The notes: generated from the letters alone by a model not told the origin. A stretch of DNA of 64,000 bases from the human T2T-CHM13v2.0 reference genome, Homo sapiens (GCF_009914755.1 NC_060930.1), one strand, 5' to 3'; numbered from the stretch's first letter, positions 25,655 through 40,803 are shown. Translations and numbers: made by a program.

Positions 25655-25790
25655 ACATGATTGGTAGCCAGGGCTTTGGGTATGTCAGACCTGGGTTCAA
25701 ATCCCAGCTTTGCAATTTTCTAGGGGAGTAATCTGACAAACCTCAATTCTCTTATCTGTAAAGTAAAATGGAGATCATCACCAACTAGTT
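25655..25790 (+). mobile_element. MIR fragment
   Basis: gtcagacctgggttcaaatcccagct...cctcaattctcttatctgtaaa...atggagat. Confidence 0.75.
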
Positions 25791-26462
25791 AATGTTAGTA
25801 AATAAAAGCACAGCGTCCACAAAAGTAAAATGAAGAATTGTCTAAATAAGAAAATTTAAAATCCCAAAGTCAAATACTCCAGCACAGTGAAAAGAACCCA
25901 AAGGAAATCCACTCTAACAAACACAGAGCTGGAAAGGGACCCTGAATTCCAAGTTTTGGTTCTTCTGTCACCAGCTTCAAGACCCTGGGTTTAAGATCTG
26001 CAGTACCAGGGGACTGAAAATCCCTTCTGCCTGTGACACAACACGACTAAATTACTAAGGATGCTATTTACTGTAACAGTTCCAAAACTTTCTAAAATTT
26101 TCATTTAAACGCTTTGTTTTTATATCTTTAGGTCCTGATCAGTTTTCACTATGACTGAACTGCCAGTCAGGATATATACATAAGACTGTTTCCTTAACTA
26201 ACTTGTCTAAGGTCAGATTGCTAAAAAGTAGCAAAATCAGAATTCAAAACCACATCTATCTCCAAAGACCAAACTCTATGGCATGCTTCTTCCTCAAATC
26301 TTCTTCCTGACTCACCTCCTGTAACTAGCAGCTTGCCTTAGCAAAGTAAATGGAAGTCATCAGGAGTGCAGTCAGAAGTCATGGAACAGAGTCAAGTTAC
26401 CTTAGTTGAGGCTTGAACTTCTAACACAGTACTCTAACCAACTTAATTAGACATTTCAGCTA

Positions 26463-26940
<478 letters not shown>

Positions 26941-28784
26941 TCACGCATATTTTCAGGATTCAAAGTTGTTCAAGATGAAATATTCAGTAAAATGACTGCT
27001 AGATTATCTATAATCCATACTTGCAAACAATTAACACAAATAACTCTAAGTTATCCATAGTAGTGAATGGGGTAACAGATACACATCTGACTTTAGAAAT
27101 AAAGCATATGGTCTAAATAGATAATCGAAAGTAACAGATTTCTGGTGCTTAAAGTATATCATCTATATACATTTACCCCTCAAATTACAGCTTGATTTGG
27201 GCTAATCTCAAATTAATTTCTAAGTGGTAAGAGAGATCTGGACAAATAGTCTGAGAGACCAGGATTTCTAAAAAATACAGAGTAATATAATAAAAACTGC
27301 AACTTCCTTGTATCAATAGAAAAGAACGTTTTAACACATTCTCATCAATTCCACAAAGAATAACTAAACTAGGCACAGAAAAGTAACATTTCAAGTCCTA
27401 CTGCACACTAGAACCAAGTTAGCACCTTGCTGTTTCTATTAAACGATCTAGGATTAAAAACTGGTTTTGAATAATCCCATATATGGATAATCCAAAGGTA
27501 AACAGACACACACAAACTCTCATTTACAAGACTTCGTCACCAAGCACTTACAAAATACATTTCATAAGACAGAAGAGAAAATGGAGCAAGAGGTGAGGTC
27601 ACCTACCACTTTAGTTCTATTGAAAGAGAGAAGTCATTATGTGCTCTCCCCAAACAGTAGGTAGCCTCCAAAAACAACACACACCCCTACACCCCCCTAA
27701 TCTGGTATTGTCATTCAGTGGGGTGACCTAGGAAGGCCTTTGAAATGTGTTGTATCAGCTCAGAGGGAATTAGACCGCATACGATGCCACAAAACATCAA
27801 ATAAATGTAAAACTATAAAGATAATACATCTAAAATTAAGATGTATTAATAACTAGGCATACAAGCTCTCTCTGAATACAAAGTGTGTAAGAGCTGATTT
27901 CCAAGATCCTTTGCAATTAAACGTTAGTACATGATGAAAGTTCTTAAGGCTTAGCCTCACTTGCTGCTAAGCCTGCTACCTGAGTTTCTACTAGGCTGTG
28001 ACCAACTTTTGAACTTGCCACGATAGCACTAAACTACTGTTATGCATCCTACTGATAAAACTGGACATGTGGCGCTTAATACGCCAAACCAGAATCATCA
28101 ATGTTTGTTAAAGAACTCTCCCGTTACTATTGTGATGTCCACTCCGGAAGATTATCTGCATCTGGTTGAGGTTTAGACAGAAGAGAAGCAGTTAACAGAC
28201 ACCGACTGTATACACAGCGGTCTGCCGGCACACTGCAAAAAAGCCGATACGCCTTACAGGCTCAGGAAGTTGACTAACCCAGGGAAAAGCCCCATGCCCT
28301 CCTCTATGAAAGGGAGTGTGTGGTTGGTAGAACCCAAAGTAAACACGGAAAAATTCATTCAAGAATTTCCTTAAGGCCTACCGTGAAGACGTCGGAGGCA
28401 AGTTAAGACGTTGGGGAGCAGGTAAGAGAGACCAGAGTTCAGAAACAGACCGATAATGATCTACCAGCTCCGGTGGGGAGGTCCAAGCTAGGGGAGTTTG
28501 TGCCTCCTCTGTGGAGTTGGGGAGGAAAGGTACCGGGCGGGCTCTGGTCCTCCTCCGACAGCCCTTTCCAGCAGGCCCGGGGCTGCTAAGACCCAGGCCT
28601 GGCGTTGAGCAACAGCAGCTCTCTTCCACATGGTTGCTGGAGAGCGACCCTCCGAGCTGCCCCGAGGCCATGTGGCTGCAGCCACAGGGTGCCCAAACCC
28701 GGTGCACGTTCAAGACGTGAAACCAGAGCAGAGAAGGTGCCGGAGGAAAATCCAAAGAATGGGATGTTGGGGTACAAGACTCAC

Positions 28785-28845
28785 TTCCTTTGGGCTTTGT
28801 CCTTCTTGGCCTTGGTCCTTTTCTTTCGGGCCTGGAGCGCAAGCA
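28785..28845 (-). CDS. SRPK1: SRPK1 coding exon 2 (61 nt; VLALQARKKRTKAKKDKAQRK)
   Basis: Acceptor ctctctcctgcag|TG and donor GGAA|gtgagt. 13+61=74 nt, so the exon ends in phase 2. Confidence 0.97.
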
Positions 28846-28849
28846 CTGC

Positions 28850-29620
28850 AGGAGAGAGGGATGGATGAAGGGCGAATGTGGAGGAAAGGAGGCGACCAAG
28901 GTGAGGGTGGAGACCCAGCAGGGGCGCCAGGCCCGGCTGCGGGGCCTGCCTCGGGGGCGGCTGCGGGCTCCGGCGAGGCGGCCGGCCGTGGGGCTGGCGG
29001 CCCACGGGGCGCAGAGCAGCGCCCGGGCGGGATGCGCCGGAGGGGTCTCAGGCCGGGTCAGGGGGCGGGCGGGTGGGGGTCTGCGTCGCCCGCCAAGGGC
29101 CGGGCCCTGGAGTGGCCCCAAGGCGCGAGCCGGCCTGGCGGGGAACAAGGGGCGGCTACGGCCGGCGCCAGAGGACGCCCGGACTGAGGGGCGCGGACCC
29201 GCAGCCCAGAGGCAGGGGGTGTGGGGCGGCGCCACCTCAGTGGAGGGGCGCCGCACGTCCGGGAACCGAACCGCGGCAGTTAAGCGAAGCTCCCGGCGCT
29301 GACCCGGGCCTCGCCCCGGCGACCATTGCCCCTCGTGGCGGAGGCCGCTCCACCGCTCACCTTTCCGCTCCATGGTGAGACCGGTAATCGCCAGGCGCCT
29401 GCGCACTCGAGTGGCGGCGACTCCCGCTCCCGCCGCGGCCCAAAACCGAGCCCGCTCACACTCCGCCCTCAGTCCCGCCCCACCCCCGCCCCACGATGCC
29501 GCGCGCTTGCGCGTTGGGCGCGGAGCCTACCACCTGCTCCCGAGGAGGGGGCGGCAAGGAGAGGGAGGGGGCGCAGCGGGGAGGAACGCCGGGGTGAACG
29601 TTGAAGGAGTGTTAGAGATC
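28850..29620 (-). promoter_or_regulatory. SRPK1: SRPK1 CpG-island promoter (TATA-less, GC boxes, NRF1-like sites)
   Basis: Very high GC and CpG density around exon 1. CCGCCC boxes at ~29463-29491. NRF1-like GCGCCTGCGCA (29395-29405) and GCGCTTGCGC (29503-29512). Confidence 0.9.
29361..29373 (-). CDS. SRPK1: SRPK1 coding exon 1 (MERK + first base of Val codon)
   Basis: Minus strand reads ctcaccATG GAG CGG AAA G|gtgagc, with a strong Kozak context and canonical donor. Joined to the next exon it gives MERKVLALQARKKRTKAKKDKAQRK, the SRPK1 N-terminus. Confidence 0.97.
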
Positions 29621-29700
29621 CAAGCTTGGAAACCTGGCAAGGTTAGTTTTGTTCTATTTGTTTAGAAAAGGCGCAGAGAGCGGCAGGGCTCTCTGCATGC

Positions 29701-29710
29701 TGCTGAGTCA
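29701..29710. promoter_or_regulatory. AP-1/MARE-ARE motif TGCTGAGTCA
   Basis: Exact TGACTCAGCA on the minus strand, ~330 bp upstream of the SRPK1 ATG. Motif only. Confidence 0.45.
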
Positions 29711-30247
29711 GAGCTTCGGAGGCAACTGGGATCTGCCTCAGTTTCCTGGCCTGTAAAATGGATTAATCAGGCATGTCCCAGTTTCTCCTTCCCTGAGCTA
29801 TTGTGAGCCCAGTTGAGATACTATTTAAAGAAAATGGAAAAAAATTACATGTGAGAAAGAAAAGGGAGTGGGAGCAACACAAAAAGACTGGAAGGAAAGA
29901 ACCTGTGACCCTATTATCACTTGAAAAGTAAAAACTTCAAAAGTGAATTTTCTCTTGAAATTTCAAGTTTAAGTGAAAGCTGTAAAGGAAAGAAGGGGAA
30001 ATGAGAATAAAAACGTTTAATGTTTTCTTATTCTACCACCTTCAATACATGATAAAGCTGTCTTGTTTATAAGTTTTTTTTGTTTTTATTTTCTAAGTGC
30101 ATTATCTCATTTGATGTTTATGGCAACTTAAAGGCAAAATAGTTATTACTTCCATTACACAAAGACACTAAACTTAAGAGGGCCTGCCTATATGTTCAGA
30201 ATCTTGGTGTACGACCCAGTTATTTAATCATGAAGCCCTTATTGTAT

Positions 30248-30460
30248 AGCAGGCTCAGCAAAGTTTTTCTTTGGGCCGTACAGTAAATATTTAGGCTTTG
30301 TGGACCATAAGATCTCTTTCTCAGCTACTCAACTCTGCCATTGGAGCTCAAAAGCAGTCATAGAAAATATGGGCTGTGTTCCTATAAAGATTTATGTATG
30401 GACACTGAAATTTGAATTTCATATAATTTTCACGTCATAAAATGTTCTTCTATTGATTTA
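30248..30460. mobile_element. MER58-like hAT non-autonomous element
   Basis: cagtaaatatttaggctttgtggacc...ctactcaactctgccattg. Confidence 0.75.
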
Positions 30461-30519
30461 AACATGGTCTTTGTTAGGTTTTGAAGGGAAGGTGAGGGTT
30501 AAAGAAAGACAGAGAGAGC

Positions 30520-30659
30520 AGTCTTGCTCTGCTGCCTAGGCCGGAGTACAGTGGCATGATCTCGGCTCACTGCAGCCTGGACATCCAGGGCTCAAGTGAT
30601 CCTCCCACCTCAGCCTCCCAAGGTGCTGGAATTACAGGTGTGAGCCACTGAGCCAGGCC
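30520..30659 (-). mobile_element. Alu, internally deleted (monomer length)
   Basis: Reverse Alu fragment. Confidence 0.8.
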
Positions 30660-31483
30660 CTTTTGATCTTTTTTCAACCGTTTCAACGGTTATTCTTATT
30701 TCAGATCTTAGTTTACCAACCCATGTTGTAAAGTACCGCAGCTGGACAGAGTGGAAGCTCTGAAGACCTTTGCTCTGAACAAGTAATTGAGAAGGGAAGA
30801 TGAGAGGGCAATAGTACAGCACAAGTCAAGCATGGGGGCTTTGGCAGAACTTATTGAGCAAAGTAAGTAATTAAGCCCATCCAGAGAAGGCAGTTTTTGA
30901 GCTGGGTATTAGGAAATATGTAAGATTTCTATAGGTGGAGAAGGAGATGTCAGGCATTCCTGAATGAGAAAATACATTGAGCAAAAAGGCACAGACGTGG
31001 ACACCTGTAGGTGGGGGCTAGGATTGGGGCTGGTAACAACTGAAGGGATGAAATGGAAGGTGAGGCTGGAAAGGCAGGTTAGCCAAATTTGAAATTTAGA
31101 TAATTGATATATGTTGCATGGAACCTGAATGATAGCATGTCTGAGTATATTGCAAAAGAAGACAGTACCTGTTGGCCAAGGAAGGATGCAGCCCAGTCTA
31201 TTCCCTGCTGTAAAGTTGAAAACAAAAGGAAGGTTAGGACAGACAGGGAAGCCCTAGACTCTGAGGGTTGTGTGAGTTCAGGATAACCGCGTGTGGTTTA
31301 GAAAAGACAGGGAGAGAGCTGATAGCTAGGAAAAATCCCAGAATTGGGAAAGTACTGCCCACCCCAAAGTAAACTGTTTGAGTGTAGAGACCCTGCTTAG
31401 GTTTTCCTTGATGTAAACTCAGTGCCTACACAGTGTTAGGCACTTAGTAGGTGCTCATATATTTGTCTAATAAAAGAATAAAT

Positions 31484-31797
<314 letters not shown>

Positions 31798-31879
31798 TTA
31801 TGAGAAATGTCAGGATGAAAGAGAGAGAAAACACTGAGAGGGACAATATTAGAGCTGTATTAAATCTGAATTGGTTATT

Positions 31880-33080
<1,201 letters not shown>

Positions 33081-33466
33081 CCTCCCCTACGTCTTGCGAG
33101 ATGAAATGGACAACAGGAGAAAGTGAAAATACATGAGATGATTTATTTTGAATGAGTTAAGATTTCCAATAGCTGTCTGCATAATTGGAAAACCCCAAAA
33201 AAACTTTCTCTTACCTTTTGGATACATGGTTTTGTGAATTATATTGGGAAAATCTACATATTATAGGCCTGGGTATCAGGAAACACATGGCACATTTAAA
33301 GGCTAATTGAAGAGAATTTAATGAAGGAATAAAGGTGTTAAGGAAAACAAACAAGGGATAGTTAGACATCCAGGGACTAGCAACAGCTGGAGTTTTTACC
33401 ATCTCTAGGCCTGAAGGGAGAAGAGGATGGAGGTGTTATCAGAACCCAGGGAGAGGTTTATTATTA

Positions 33467-34202
<736 letters not shown>

Positions 34203-35422
34203 GAGCTGTAGTAAGAGAGGCCCGCCTGGCAGCAGCTGTGCCCTTTAATGAGCCCTGCAGGGAGAGGGCAGGGAAATAAAGACCCACATCTTCTCAAACG
34301 AGTGCCTCACCATTGACAAAACCCAGCTGGAAGTTAAATGGCAAGGAAGCCTGGGTGATGCAGTCCATACATGCCAGCCTCCCAGGGCATAAAGCAGGGT
34401 GGAGAAAGGTGGAGAGTGGATCTGGAGGGCCAAACAGAGAATATCCAGCATAGCCTGTCTGGGCAGTCAGACACCCAAAGCAGCTGGCATTTTCCAAGCA
34501 GGTAAATCTGCCTCTTGGGCACCCTGACCCCTGGAGAACCAATGCCACCTGGAGATGACCCCATTTCTGGCTTCATTCTATAAAAGCTTAAGTTTCACAA
34601 AGAAATTGTGCTGGGGTGAAAGATCCGGGGGCGTAGGTGGAGAAGATGAAAGAATAAAGGCCTTGGCTTGTTGGGGTGGGAATAAAGGCAGTAGCTAGGA
34701 GGGGAAGGGGATTCTCTAAGAATGAGGAGGTTAGAGATTGGTGATTCCTGAGCAGGTAGGGCCCTTGCTCTGCTCCCTGGAAGTGTTCTGGGTGGGAGCA
34801 AGGTGTTGCAAACTGACCTTAGCTGATCATGCCCAACTCTTAGCTTTTTTTGGTTGGGAGTGATGCCTGCCAGAGAAGCTTGACATGGTGAGGGTTTGCC
34901 TCCCTGGCAGGCCTACTCCCAGGACATAAAGAAAAGTTTCAGACTAAAATCTGCCACATGTAGGTTTGTTGCACACCCATTAGCAGGCAGGCACAAAACA
35001 GGTCCTATAACCTGTCCTGTAAGTTCTTTGAGGTCCCAGCTCTCTGTCCTTTTAGGTGCTCTGGCCACAGCATGAATGAAAGGTTTACTCACGGCAGGGA
35101 CAACAATATCCCAGAGTCAGGACTCTCACCCTCACAGTCGGGATCAGGCAACTAGAGATGGAGTCTCCCTTATGTTTGTTATGCTGTTCCAAACCTGATT
35201 CACATCACAGGAGTTATCAGAAATGGGTTTTCACTGGTGAAAAGAGTTGCTTGTTAATTTGTGTAATGGATTTTAGAAAAGGGCTGTCATTGTCAAAATT
35301 TATGGCAGTCAATGACTCTGAATTACTTTGTTGTAGTCACTTTCTGAGTAGAATATTTACTAACCACTCTTGGAATGGAAATTGCTGATTAAAACACAAG
35401 CTGCACCTAGGTGTGTAAATAA

Positions 35423-35765
<343 letters not shown>

Positions 35766-36153
35766 CCCAGGTATTTTTTTTAAGAAGTAGATTTATTTCT
35801 TTAAAATGCCAATTTAAAAAAAAAGCAATCTGGGAGTCCAAGACGAGGGGAATGTAAGAAAGTCTTACCGCACATCCCCTCTATGTGAGTTGCCAAAACA
35901 GAAACATGCTGGATCCTATCTAAGGTTCTAGAAGTCCCAGAAGAGCTTTCTTAAATATCCTTACCTAGAATATGCTTTCCTTGCCTTGATTCCAAGGATA
36001 GATGCCAAAGTATTTTAAGGTAAATTATAAATATAAGATTGGGGGCCCCTAAGAGGCTCCCAAGCCAGACAAAGATGCTCTGCTATACTTAGCATGTTCC
36101 AGGGGTCATGCAGACTTAGACAATAAAAATAATGAACTTAAGATCAAAAGTCT

Positions 36154-36447
<294 letters not shown>

Positions 36448-36801
36448 TTACTGTTTCCTGAGCAGTGTGTAAACCTCCCAGACTCTTACGTGACCCTTGA
36501 GAGACAAGCTCTATAAGGACTGTGATTTAACTTCTCCATCATGGCAGGCTTGGGGGCACACTGAAGTCAATTTAGGAAATACATAGAAATGGACAACATG
36601 GCTTACACATTTGAGATCTGATTTCTACTGGCTATGCAATGTTAAATCCATTTTTTTGTTTCCTTCTTTCAAATACTTTCCACCATACTTACCCTCATGA
36701 CAGACATTTACACTTCAGCCCTTAGGCTGTGAGAAGCAAAGAAGGAAAAAAATAGGCCTTGCTCTGTAGGATTTAATAGCTAACTCTTATATAACAATTA
36801 C

Positions 36802-37117
<316 letters not shown>

Positions 37118-37555
37118 TCACTGTTGTCCCACAACCCTGAAACCCTACAAGATAGGTACTATTCTTTTAATCTCTGACAGGAAAAAACTAAGGCACAACC
37201 AAGATCATGCAAGGTAATAAGAGGCAAGGTTTTGAATCTGGGAAGTCAGACTCTGGAATTCATACTCTCAGCCACACACTATATTACCTACCCAGTGTAG
37301 TGGGGGATGGATAGATAAGTAAGTAATTAAATACAATGTACAATGGTAGATGCAGAAGCTACCCTGGAAGCACAAGAAAAGAGGCCCCGTCAGCTCAGGA
37401 TTTATAGAGAGGCAAGGAAAGAGGCATCTCTTGGATGAGTGACACCTGGACAGAGTTGGAAAGCATGAGTAGGTATCAGCTGCACACAAAAGGGAGGAAA
37501 GAAAACTCCAGTCAGAGAAAACAGCATGGTATCACAGAGGTATAAAATGTAAGGG

Positions 37556-37943
<388 letters not shown>

Positions 37944-38084
37944 TTATGGGCCCCCTTCTTTTTTAGGCAGGTACTGTGTTTGGTGCTGGGGTAACAAATA
38001 GCAGGGATAGCACATCTAAGGAACTTGAACTTTCAAGCATTATGCTCCCTTACCCACTAAAATAATCTTAAAAACTAGCCCTAG

Positions 38085-38320
38085 GCAAAACACTCAACAA
38101 ACCAGGAATGGAAAGGAATTTTCTCAACCTGATCAAGGTCATCTATGAAACACCCACAGCTAACATCATATTTAATGATGAAAGGCTGAATGCCCTCCCC
38201 CTAAGATCAGGAACCAGAGGAGGATGTCCACTCTCGCCATTCCTGTTCAGTACTGTGCTGGAGGTTCTAGCCAGAAACAATAGGCAAGAAAATTAAATAA
38301 AAGGCATACAGATTGGAAGG
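38085..38320 (+). mobile_element. L1 ORF2 (RT) fragment
   Basis: Translates [18 protein letters not shown]...[17 protein letters not shown]...LEVLA. Confidence 0.9.
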
Positions 38321-38769
38321 GAATTTGAAATTTTAAAATAAAGCTGTTATATCACAGTTTTGAATGTCATCCAATGGAATTTAAATATATATAGCAATTT
38401 GTTATGTACCATCATCCATTTATATAGAGAGATATATAAAGCAAAAGCACTCTTGGTACTATAATAAATTCTACATTACTCGTTTTTCTCCTTGAACTTG
38501 TCTTTCTATTCCATTTTGTTCTCACAGAAGTTTATCCTCTGCTAATTTTATGCTTGAAAGTCTTTTATCGATCATCCTTTCATACTTCTCTGCCACACAA
38601 ATGTGCATTTATGTGGAAATTTAATTTGTAAAAACATTTCCTCGGACCATAATCCTTCGAAAAGTTCCTTACCTATTATTACAAGTATTATTATTGCATG
38701 ATTAATCAAAGTAACATATAGCATCATTTTTCAATAAATGAAATTTTATTGCAAATGCATTTCAGTGTG

Positions 38770-39060
38770 ATGGTATGTGATTTTTCTCAATGAGTCCTGC
38801 ATCATTCTATTCCTTTTTTTTTTTTATTAAGAAAACTTACATAAAACAAGTAGATGGGAATGAAAAGGGGTTTGCTATAGCAATAGCATTCAGTTCTTTT
38901 GGAACTGTTTCCAAATAATGTGCCAAAAATCACACAACAATCATAGTCCAAACTCATTTTAATGACCCATCAGCTGACAATTCCAGGAGGTCCTTATTCA
39001 ATTTTGTTGGAAACAAATAATTGGAAGCTACCTAACTTACAAAAAGATGTGTTACTTGGT
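38770..39060 (-). mobile_element. Ancient hAT-Charlie transposase remnant (C-terminal dimerisation domain)
   Basis: Frameshifted translation FPTKLNKDLLELSADGSLK / LCDFWHII / ELNAIAIANPFSFPSTC / KRNR resembles the hATC pattern (FW...ELS.IA...PFPSTYLCE...RNR). Confidence 0.7.
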
Positions 39061-39402
39061 CATTAAAGTTCCTTACTTTTTTAATCCAGACACCAGTATT
39101 TCAGTATATTCCTTCGAGTGGACCCCTGGGAGATTTATACACCCACTGGCAATGCACCTGAGATTCACTGGGGGAGGGAGAGAGGCGTTTGTTTTTGGTT
39201 GTTTGTTTGCTTGCTACTTTTGTCTGCTCCACCACACCTTGGAATGATAGCTCCATAAAGGCTGAGATGTTTGATTTTTGTTCACTGCTGTATCTCCAGG
39301 ACATAGAAAGCTGTTGGATACCCTACCTACTTGATGCTTGATGAATGTATGTGGAATGTTATGAAAGAATGTAAAAACTACCTGTTTCTGGCTGTATGCT
39401 TT

Positions 39403-40803
39403 TGAGAGGTGACAGCGTGCTGGCAGTCCTCACAGCCCTCGCTTGCTCTCGGCGCTTCCTCTGCCTGGGCTCCCATTTTGGCGGCACTTGAGAAGCCCTT
39501 CAGCCCACCGCTGCACTGCGGGAGCCCCTTTGTGGGCCGGCCAAGACCGGAGCCGGCTCCCTCAGCTTGCAGGGAGGTGTGGAGGGAGAGGAGCGAGGGG
39601 GAACCGGGGCTGCACGCGGCGCTTTCGGGCCAGCTGGAGTTCCAGGTGGGCGTGGGCTTGGCGGGCCCTGCACTCGGAGCAGCCAGCCGGCCCTGCTGGC
39701 CCCGGACAATGAGGAGGGGCTTAGCACCCAGGCCAGCGGCTTCGGAGGGTGTACTGGTTCCCCCAGCAGTGCCAGCCCGCCGGCGCTGTGCTCGATTTCT
39801 CACCATGCCTTAGCTGTCTTCCTGCGGGGCAGGTCTCGGGACCAGCAGCCCGCCATGCCTGAGCCTCCCACCCCGTCCATGAGCTCCTGTGCCGCCCGAG
39901 CCTCCCCGATGAGTGCCGCCCCCTGCTCCAGGGCGCCCAGTCCCATCGACCACCCAAGGGCTGAGGAGTGTGGGCACACGGCACCAGACTGGCAGGCAGC
40001 TCCACCTGCAGCCCCAGTGCGGGATCCACTGGGTGAAGCCAGCTGGGCTCCTGAGTCTGGTGGGGACGTGGAGAATCTTTATATCTAGCTCAGGGATTGT
40101 AAATACACCAATTGGCACTCTGTATCTAGCTCAAGGTTTGTAAACACACCAATCAGCACCCTGTGTCTAGCTCAGGGTTTGTAAATGCACCAATCGACAC
40201 TCTGTATCTAGCTACTCTGGTGGGGCCTTGGAGAACCTTTGTGTCCACACTCTGTATCTAGCTAATCTAAGTGGGGACATGGAGAACCTTTGTGTCTAGC
40301 TCAGGGATTGTAAACGCACCAATCAGCGCCCTGTCAAAACAGACCACTCGGCTCTACCAATCAGCAGGATGTGGGTGGAGCCTGATAAGAGAATAAAAGC
40401 AGGCTGCCGGAGCCAACAGTGGTAACGTGGTCGGGTCCCCTTCTGTACTGTGGAAGCTTTGTTCTTTCGCTCTTTGCAATAAATCTTGCTACTGCTCACT
40501 CTTTGGGTCCACACTGTTTTTATGAGCTGTAACACTCACCGCAAAGGTCTGCAGCTTCACTCCTGAAGCCAGCGAGACCACAAGCCCACTGGGAGGAATG
40601 AACAACTCCAGATGCGCCGCCTTAAGAGCTGCAACACTCACCGCGAAGGTCTGCAGCTTCACTCCTGAGCCAGTGAGACCACGAACCCACCAGAAGGAAG
40701 AAACTCCAAACACATCTGAACATCAGAAGGAACAAACTCCAGACGCGCCACCTTAAGAGCTGTAACACTCACGGCGAGGGTTGGCGGCTTCATTCCGGAC
40801 GCA
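39403..40803 (+). mobile_element. Solo LTR12C-like (HERV9) LTR
   Basis: Starts TGAGAGGTGACAGCGTGCTGGCAG and ends CCGGACGCA. GC-rich U3, tandem CCAAT enhancer repeats, U5 repeats, and a 4-bp TSD CTTT (39399-39402/40804-40807). Confidence 0.93.

Noticed and set aside
28488-29665. Multiple plus-strand ORFs over the SRPK1 5' end
   Set aside because: Low-complexity G/A/R/P products expected in a CpG island, with no recognisable protein.
39378-40143. Several overlapping 75-173 aa ORFs
   Set aside because: All fall in the GC-rich U3 of LTR12C, where stop codons are rare.
40080-40770. Regularly spaced repeats resembling a CRISPR-like array
   Set aside because: These are the standard LTR12 U3 enhancer and U5 tandem repeats in eukaryotic DNA, with no unique spacers.
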